Origin: Acidobacteriota bacterium
Lineage (GTDB): Bacteria; Acidobacteriota; UBA6911; RPQK01; JADFOI01
DNA length: 64,000 nucleotides
Direction: 5' to 3'
Assembly (NCBI GenBank): GCA_963663035.1
Contig: OY760074.1
Coordinates: 2,400,001-2,464,000 of the forward strand
Shown here: one piece after another, positions 57,436 through 64,000 of the stretch
How the letters are laid out: each line of letters begins with the position of its first letter
Position numbering within the stretch: position 1 is the stretch's first letter
Notes under the pieces: generated by a model
What the model saw: only the letters and a program-made list of their open reading frames with translations
Database searches by the model: none
What the model was told of the DNA's origin: nothing
Made by a program: the position numbers and the translations under genes

Positions 57436-58442
57436 TTCGCTTCAGCCTCCGCTAGCTCGGACAGCGACACCGGCAGACTGCCTGTCTCCAAGGACCTTTG
57501 GCTTGCCTCCAGGACCTTGAGCACCCTCAAGGCACTTTCACCGTCGGTCAACGGAGACGTGTGCTCGCGAATGCAGGTCAGAAAGTGCTCGCACTCGAGC
57601 CGCAGTGGTTCCGTCTCATCGAAAAACAAGGTTGTTTCCGCAGTCTGGCGGGGAACCGGAAGTCCAGCTTCCCACTCGATTCCCTGGTCATAAATCTTGA
57701 GTTTGCCCTCGCGAGCTGTGTCATCGAACACCGCCATTTTCTTCTCACCAATGACAACCAGTTTTTGTTCCTTGTAGGGGTGGAGCCAACTGACAAAAAT
57801 GTGTGCTCTCACCCCATTTTCGAAAAACAGGCTGGTCACCGTCACATCCACAATGCCCGGCTGCAGGTAGCTTCCACCAGAAGCGGTCACCTCATTGGGC
57901 TCGGACTCTAATAGCTCGCAAATCACCGAGATATCGTGAGGGGCAAAGCTCCACAAGATATTTTCTTCCTGTCGAACCTTCCCAAGATTGAGTCGACTTG
58001 AATAGATGTACCAGATTCTACCCAACTCATTCTTCTGCACGATGTCTTGGAGCAACCTTACCGCTGGGTGGTAGTTGAGAATGTGACCCACCATGAGCAA
58101 CACGCCACGGTCCTTGGCCAAGGTCACGAGTTCCCGTCCCTGCTCATACTTGAGCGCCAGCGGCTTCTCGACAAAAACGTTCTTGCCCCTCAGGACTGCT
58201 TCCTTGACATGTTCGTAGTGGGATTCAGCTGGTGTGGCAATTGCCACCGCCTGAATGCTGTCTTCAGTAAGTACTTCTTCCAAACGGGAGGTTCGGCGAA
58301 TGTTGGGGTACTCCTCAGAGTAAGCCTGCAGGAGCTCGTCGTTGCTGTCACAAATGCAGCCCAGTGCTCCCAGCTGGGCAAAATTGCGCACCAGGTTTTT
58401 ACCCCAGTAGCCACAACCGACAACAGCTAAGCTCTGGTCCAT
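57432..58442 (-). CDS. Gfo/Idh/MocA oxidoreductase (WbpB/WlbA-like)
   Basis: GCGYWG, EKPLA, VGH and SFAPHD motifs. Confidence 0.92.
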   Translation of the reverse strand: MDQSLAVVGCGYWGKNLVRNFAQLGALGCICDSNDELLQAYSEEYPNIRRTSRLEEVLTEDSIQAVAIATPAESHYEHVKEAVLRGKNVFVEKPLALKYEQGRELVTLAKDRGVLLMVGHILNYHPAVRLLQDIVQKNELGRIWYIYSSRLNLGKVRQEENILWSFAPHDISVICELLESEPNEVTASGGSYLQPGIVDVTVTSLFFENGVRAHIFVSWLHPYKEQKLVVIGEKKMAVFDDTAREGKLKIYDQGIEWEAGLPVPRQTAETTLFFDETEPLRLECEHFLTCIREHTSPLTDGESALRVLKVLEASQRSLETGSLPVSLSELAEAEAK

Positions 58443-58587
58443 TTACCCATTCCCCAATCTCAATTTCGGCCAAGTACCCACAGGACTTCGTAGAGTCACC
58501 CTATAATATAAAATTAGAGTGGCATAGAGAGTGGCATAACTCGTTGCTTGTCATGAAAGGATGCATTTGACAGTTCACTTGGAGACT

Positions 58588-59649
58588 GTGAATAGGGCGC
58601 TGAGAATAGGGATGATCGGAGTGGGTTTCTGGGGTCCGAAACTTCTTCGAAACCTTGTTGAGATGAACGAAGCGGATGTTGTGGCCGTGGCGGATCTGGC
58701 TGAAACAAATAGAAGAAAGGTCGGACAAACGTATCCCAGCCTGAGGGTCATTGAAAACCACAGAGAGATTTTGGAGAACCCTGACATCGAGGCAGTCGTC
58801 ATCGCCACCCCTGCGGCGACCCACTTTGATCTGGTCCAGGAGGCTCTGAAGGCGGGTAAACATGTTTTGGTAGAGAAACCGCTTTGCACCAGCACCGATG
58901 AGGCGTTGCAATTGACGCAAATGGCCTCCCAACGAGGTGTGATTCTCATGGTGGGTCACACCTTTCTCTACAACGCCGCAGTCCGAAAGGCGAAGGAATA
59001 TATCGATAGTCGTGAACTGGGCAGTGTTCTCTATCTTTACGGTAGGAGAGTGAATCTGGGGAAAGTTCGACAGGATGTGAACTCACTGTGGAATTTTGCA
59101 CCCCACGACATTTCCATAGTGAACTACTTGTTGAGTTCCGTTCCCGAGTCGGTCCAGGCCTTCGGAGCGTGCTACATTCAGAAGGACATTGAAGACGTCG
59201 TTTTCCTCAACATGCGCTACCCAGATGGGGTGATCTGCTCCCTGCACTTGAGTTGATTGGATCCCAAAAAGGTTCGGCGGATGACGATTGTCGGAACCGA
59301 AAAAATGCTGATCTACAACGACGTTTCAAGCGACCAGAAAATACAACTCATTGACAAAGGCGTTGAAATCAAGGGTCGGGAGCCCGGCAATGACGAGATG
59401 GTGAATTTTGGTGAATATCAGGTACTGCTCCGTTCCGGCGACGTTTTGATCCCCAAGGTGAATTTTATTGAGCCCTTGCGAGTAGAGTGCACCCATTTTG
59501 TGGAGTGCTGTTTCAAAGGAGATACCCCTTTGACCGATGGGTTGAACGGTCTCCAGGTGGTTGCCGTTCTGGAAGCCGCCTCCCGTTCACTGCAAAACTC
59601 AGGCTCTGAGGTGGAAGTCGATTATCTTGAAGCCAGGGCAGAAGCTTGA
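58588..59649 (+). pseudogene. Second Gfo/Idh/MocA oxidoreductase with an in-frame TGA at 59254-59256
   Basis: Two abutting in-frame ORFs; HLS*LDPKK aligns with VSWLHPYK of the paralog. Confidence 0.85.
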
Positions 59650-60704
59650 AGGTCCTTTCTGTTCTGGGCACCCGGCCCAATTTCGTGAAGGAGTTTCTGG
59701 TACATCGGGAATTCCAGAGAAGGGAAATCAAGGAAATCATCGTTCATACTGGACAACACTATGATTACGAAATGTCTCGAGTGTTTTTTAATACTTTCGA
59801 TCTTCCCGATCCTCACTACCATTTCGAGATTGGAGCCAGAAGCAGTGTGGCCTCAACTGCAGAAACGATGCTGAGCCTCGAGGATGTGCTGCACAAGGAA
59901 AAGCCGAACGCCGTTCTTTCCTATGGAGATGTCAATTCGACTACCGCAGCCGCCATAGCCGCCGTAAAGACCAAGATCCCGTTCGTGCACGTTGAAGGAG
60001 GAATTCGGACACCTTTTCTGTACAATCCGGAGGAGATCAATCGTCGGCTTTCCGATTGTGTGGCCGATTTGATTTTCACGTGTACTCGTACCGACACGGA
60101 AAATCTCTGCCGGGAAAACGTTCCCAGGGAGCGGATCTGCTTTTCGGGAGATTTGATGAAAGATGCATTGCTGTACACACTGGAGACACAATCCATTCCC
60201 GTCAAGAGAGGCGACTATGTGGTGGCAACGATTCACCGTGAAGAAAACGCTGACAATCCGCAGCGACTTCGAGAGATTATGCATGGCCTGGTTCAGAGCG
60301 AACAGATCATCCACTTTCCTGTACATCCTCGAACCAGAAAACGCTTGGAAAAGTTCGGGATTCTGGAAGAGGTGAAGAGCTGCGACCGGATTCGGATGAC
60401 AGAGCCCACAGGATATCTTGAATTTATACGTCTCCTGGCAGGTGCTGACAAGGTCGTGACTGATTCGGGCGGAGTGCGAAGAGAGGCTTTTCTTTTGAGA
60501 AAACCGGTGATTATTCCAGTTGAGCTGGTGTGGTTTCCGGAAATTCTGGAAGCGGGTTGGAAGATCCATGTTCCACCCAAGGCTTCAGAAGTGGCTGAGG
60601 CTATCCGGGAGTTTGAGCCCACAGGACCGCACAACCCCGAGATCTTCGGTAACGGGGAGTCGGCGCGAAAGATCGTCGACAACATCGTAGAGCATTATCA
60701 ATAG
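59646..60704 (+). CDS. Second non-hydrolysing UDP-GlcNAc 2-epimerase
   Basis: TTG start; GTRPNFVK, HTGQHYD, HVEGGIR and TDSGGVRREA motifs. Confidence 0.9.
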   Translation: MKVLSVLGTRPNFVKEFLVHREFQRREIKEIIVHTGQHYDYEMSRVFFNTFDLPDPHYHFEIGARSSVASTAETMLSLEDVLHKEKPNAVLSYGDVNSTTAAAIAAVKTKIPFVHVEGGIRTPFLYNPEEINRRLSDCVADLIFTCTRTDTENLCRENVPRERICFSGDLMKDALLYTLETQSIPVKRGDYVVATIHREENADNPQRLREIMHGLVQSEQIIHFPVHPRTRKRLEKFGILEEVKSCDRIRMTEPTGYLEFIRLLAGADKVVTDSGGVRREAFLLRKPVIIPVELVWFPEILEAGWKIHVPPKASEVAEAIREFEPTGPHNPEIFGNGESARKIVDNIVEHYQ

Positions 60705-60746
60705 TGAAACCGGGCCTTCACGTCGTCGATGAGATGAAACAGTTTC

Positions 60747-61319
60747 ATGCCGATGAACTACTTCAAACATCCGAAGGCACTCGTTGAGACCAACGAAATC
60801 GGAGCGGACACCCGAGTGTGGGCTTTTGCCCACATCATGAAGGGTGCTCGGGTGGGCAGCGGATGCAACATCTGCGAGCAGGTATTCATCGAAAGCGGTG
60901 CGATCGTTGGGAATCTGGTCACGGTCAAGAATGGCGTCAGCCTTTGGGACAAGATAACTATAGAAGACCGGGTTTTTATCGGGCCCAATGCTGCTTTTAC
61001 CAATGACATGTGGCCTAGAAGCAGAGCCGGTGGGGATTTGCTTCCGACGCTGATTCGCTACGGTGCAACGATCGGAGCCAATGCGACCTTCCTGTGCGGA
61101 ATCATCATCGGAAAGTTTGCATTCATCGGAGCCGGTTCGGTCGTTACCCGGGATGTACCGGACTACACCCTCGTTTTGGGAAATCCGGCCAGAAAAGGGG
61201 GCTATGTGTGCGAATGTTCCAGGAAGCTCATCCAGGAGGATCCCAACTCTTACCGGTGCCAGCGGTGTTCGAAAGCGTATCTGGCGACCGCGGAAGGAAT
61301 CCTGACACCGAATGACTGA
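60747..61319 (+). CDS. Second hexapeptide acetyltransferase with a C-terminal zinc ribbon
   Basis: VWAFAH, VKNGVSLW, FTND, TIGANAT and CEC...CQRC motifs. Confidence 0.9.
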   Translation: MPMNYFKHPKALVETNEIGADTRVWAFAHIMKGARVGSGCNICEQVFIESGAIVGNLVTVKNGVSLWDKITIEDRVFIGPNAAFTNDMWPRSRAGGDLLPTLIRYGATIGANATFLCGIIIGKFAFIGAGSVVTRDVPDYTLVLGNPARKGGYVCECSRKLIQEDPNSYRCQRCSKAYLATAEGILTPND

Positions 61320-61336
61320 GAGCGTGTTGCTCACTG

Positions 61337-61401
61337 GAATGTGGGAGCCGCCTCAGTGCGGCGAATGGGCCTCTTCGCGGCCTGAGGCCGCTCCCACATT
61401 C
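61337..61401. repeat. REP-like inverted doublet (GGGAG type) between convergent genes
   Basis: GAATGTGGGAGCCGCCTCAG...GCGAA / TTCGC...CTGAGGCCGCTCCCACATTC. Confidence 0.75.
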
Positions 61402-61428
61402 TCCCAACCGCAAGGACAGGAAGGCGGG

Positions 61429-63282
61429 CTAGCGCTTCGCATACACCTGAACTTTGCCGAAGTTCATCATCTGGGTAAAGCCGAAACTCCCATCCCTCAA
61501 ACCCCGATAATATTGCAGATGTTCTCTGTACTGGGCCTCACCGGCGCCAAACTGGCTGGCTTTGGTGGGATCTACGAACCTTTGTGATATCTCTTCACTC
61601 ACAATGACAACGTCCGGTGCGAAAATCTCGAGGTCTTCACTCGTCCCTGCGAAAGTCAGTTGAGCCTCCGCGAAGGCGGGCGGTACATAGCTGTAGCTGT
61701 CGTACAGCACTCGAGAATCCGCCTCGAAGGTCTCGGCCAGCCACAGACCGGCCCTCACCGCGGGGCTCTTCTCCACACGCAATCTCTCTGTAGCTCGAAA
61801 CTCTTGAACTCTTGTGATGGAGCTAGCAAAATCTGCGGCACCCAGCACGAGAAAGAGCACGAGGACAGGAACGGCGAACTTGCGAGAGACGGCGTCGAGA
61901 GACGCTCGTGCGAGTTGAGCCAGGAACTGTCCAGCGAGGATGATCAGGACTGGAAACACCGGCAAGAGATAACGAGGCTCCATCATGCGAACTCGCATCA
62001 CCAGGAAGCCCAGGTACAAGAGGACCCAAAGCCAAAGAATCACCTCGGGTCGGATGACTGGCCCAGCCAAGCGCTGACCGATCGACAGATGCTGGGCCTC
62101 TTTAGTGGCCAGGTCGTGGAAGAGATAAAGAAGACCCACTGCAGCCATTGCGGCAAATGTAACCCCCAGCAAATCCTGTGAGACGAGCAGCGACAGCCAT
62201 CCTTGCACGCCTCCCTCACCCCGAAAATAATGGCCGAAGGCCACATGCCTGGATTGGGAAATCATGCCGTAGAGGAAGTTGAGTTTCCAAAGCGAGAAGG
62301 GTGAGCCAATGACGAAGGCTGTGATAAAGGCAGCCACCGAAATACCAACTTGCGACAGTGTTCTTGCTAGAAAATCACTTCTGGCCAGGAGCCTCCAGGG
62401 CCAGCGCAGGATGCCGAGAACAATGAGGACACATCCTGTAGCACCCAGCAAAATCCTGAACTCCCTGATTACCGGCAAGTTGCTGCTCTCTACAGCACCA
62501 TCGGAAGTCAATAAGCGAGCCACAAGTTCAACCCGCATCACCAATCCCAGCGAAACGCTCCCAATTCCCGCCGCCAGAGTTAGACCACGGGCCCATTTTC
62601 TGACCAGCAGGGCAGCGCTCCGAAATGGGCCCACCTCATCGCGGCCTGCGTTCCCCCCAACCGCCACAAGCCAGATGACTGGGAGCAGAAAGAGGCCTGA
62701 GTACTTGCAGGCAAAAGCCAATCCAGCGGAAGCGGAGGCAAGAACAAGAGACTCCCGGCTTTTGTCGCCGCCTAGCCTGCAACAGAAATACAGCCCAAGC
62801 ATGAGGAAGAACAGTTGAGGAACGTCTGGGTGAGCATAAACCGACCATTCGATAAAATTCAACGAGATCCCACAGAGCAGGCAGGCCGACACCCAACCGA
62901 CAAGACGACCGAAGTATCTGCGGGCTAGAAAGAAAGTGCAGAGAACCGTGGCTGCACCAGCCACTGCCGATACCAGGCGTAAACTGATGATAATCGACTG
63001 ATCGGTCACTGGAGTGAGGAAGCTCATCAAGAACAGAGGAATGAGAGCGAGGTTGAATTGTAGATGCCCATACTGCGAGTAGTCGATTCGCAGGGTCCCC
63101 TGGGACAGCGCCTGACGCAAAAGCTCCAATTGGGTGGGTTCATCTGAGTTGAAAACAGAGACCAGGCGAATATTCTCGGATGCGGTGGGGATCATGGCCG
63201 TCGCGAGCCACACGAAGTAGCAGCCCGTCAAGACCGCAACGCATATTCCCTCGAGGTTTCTGTTCATTGGAATCTCCGGCAT
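61429..63282 (-). CDS. GT-C (ArnT/PMT-like, family 39) membrane glycosyltransferase
   Basis: NSDE loop, R..S motif, HPD, GLAFACKYSG and RYLLP motifs; many TM segments. Confidence 0.82.
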   Translation of the reverse strand: MPEIPMNRNLEGICVAVLTGCYFVWLATAMIPTASENIRLVSVFNSDEPTQLELLRQALSQGTLRIDYSQYGHLQFNLALIPLFLMSFLTPVTDQSIIISLRLVSAVAGAATVLCTFFLARRYFGRLVGWVSACLLCGISLNFIEWSVYAHPDVPQLFFLMLGLYFCCRLGGDKSRESLVLASASAGLAFACKYSGLFLLPVIWLVAVGGNAGRDEVGPFRSAALLVRKWARGLTLAAGIGSVSLGLVMRVELVARLLTSDGAVESSNLPVIREFRILLGATGCVLIVLGILRWPWRLLARSDFLARTLSQVGISVAAFITAFVIGSPFSLWKLNFLYGMISQSRHVAFGHYFRGEGGVQGWLSLLVSQDLLGVTFAAMAAVGLLYLFHDLATKEAQHLSIGQRLAGPVIRPEVILWLWVLLYLGFLVMRVRMMEPRYLLPVFPVLIILAGQFLAQLARASLDAVSRKFAVPVLVLFLVLGAADFASSITRVQEFRATERLRVEKSPAVRAGLWLAETFEADSRVLYDSYSYVPPAFAEAQLTFAGTSEDLEIFAPDVVIVSEEISQRFVDPTKASQFGAGEAQYREHLQYYRGLRDGSFGFTQMMNFGKVQVYAKR

Positions 63283-63378
63283 CCCTGGTAACTGCCGCTT
63301 CTACACAGAACTTCGTGGAGTCAACCTATAATATAAAAGAAGAATGGCGTTAATCGTTGCTTGTACTGAAAAGTGATC

Positions 63379-64000
63379 ATGACCCGGTCTGACGACCCTT
63401 CAATTCGCACTTTTTATGATCGCTGGTATGAAGCGCGATCTGAGGGGAAAGACATTGATCGTCTCTGTCGCATTCGTGTCATCCGGAATTTCCTGCGTGC
63501 GCTTTCCCTTGGAGATAGTAACATCCTGGAGCTTGGATGCGGCCAAGGGTGGCTGGCAAACGTGCTCTCGCAGTACGGTCGGGTGACGGCGGTTGACTTG
63601 TCAGCCGAGGCAATTCTCGCAGCCAAATCAGCCTACCCTCACATTGAGTTCCGTGCCGGTAGTTTCCTTGAGATGACCGACCTGCCAAGAGACTGCGATC
63701 TGATCGTCTCGTCAGAGGTGGTTGAGCATATGGTCGCCGAAGAGCAGATTCGATTCCTGGCTCTCATCAGCGATCACCTTCGCCCGGGAGGATCAGTGAT
63801 CTTGACCACGCAGAACCGAGAAGTAGCAGGAAGATTTCTGGAGAGTGGCGATCCGGATGCGCCAGATCATCTCCAACCGATCGAGCAGTGGCTTTCGATT
63901 GAAGAGCTTCGTGCCATGCTCGAGCCAATGTTTGAGATCCTGAAGATGAAAACGGTCCTCTTCTTTCATCCATTCTTGCGCCGGCATCGGACGCTCAACT
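63379..64000 (+). CDS. Class I SAM methyltransferase (3' end beyond the window)
   Basis: Manual translation is open to the window end: ILELGCGQG, AVDLS, SEVVEH, LRPGG. Confidence 0.88.
   Translation, partial: MTRSDDPSIRTFYDRWYEARSEGKDIDRLCRIRVIRNFLRALSLGDSNILELGCGQGWLANVLSQYGRVTAVDLSAEAILAAKSAYPHIEFRAGSFLEMTDLPRDCDLIVSSEVVEHMVAEEQIRFLALISDHLRPGGSVILTTQNREVAGRFLESGDPDAPDHLQPIEQWLSIEELRAMLEPMFEILKMKTVLFFHPFLRRHRTLN

Noticed and set aside
58532-58548. Canonical sigma54 promoter
   Set aside because: Spacing is GG-N11-GC, not the required N10; kept only as part of the duplicated-block finding.
59254-59256. Genetic-code reassignment or selenocysteine at the in-frame TGA
   Set aside because: The position is a Trp in the paralog, not a Cys; TGA ends many intact genes here; tRNA-Trp has the normal CCA anticodon.

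Overview
A 64-kb bacterial chromosomal window of roughly 55% GC; the protein repertoire suggests Acidobacteriota, which is an inference. Left to right: (1) a core translation cluster (nusG, secE, tRNA-Trp, rpmG, tuf, tRNA-Thr/Gly/Tyr/Thr); (2) a surface-polysaccharide locus (GT2s, ugd, methyltransferase, epimerase, wzm/wzt, GT4, MarR-like regulator) broken by an IS3-family element that joins a truncated methyltransferase to a truncated GDP-fucose synthase with no target duplication; (3) a type II secretion cluster in xps-like order (E-F-G-H-I-J-K-L-M-C-D) bracketed by two ECF sigma/zinc anti-sigma pairs; (4) an M23 peptidase, tmRNA, coaE, uvrA, a third ECF pair with a catalytically dead HtrA-like protein, polA, plsC, an M24 peptidase and an RHH/PIN toxin-antitoxin pair; (5) a second glycan locus with wecA and two divergently arranged sets of wbpB/D/I-like genes, one copy carrying a Trp-to-TGA stop. 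The main unexplained signal is a family of at least 11 phased 7-nt repeat arrays (YAG/CTR every 7 nt). They often sit at stop codons, enter coding sequence in frame, and bracket coaE and the toxin-antitoxin pair as inverted pairs. Two MITE families, two REP types, a duplicated divergent-promoter block and an orphan sigma54-type promoter are also present.
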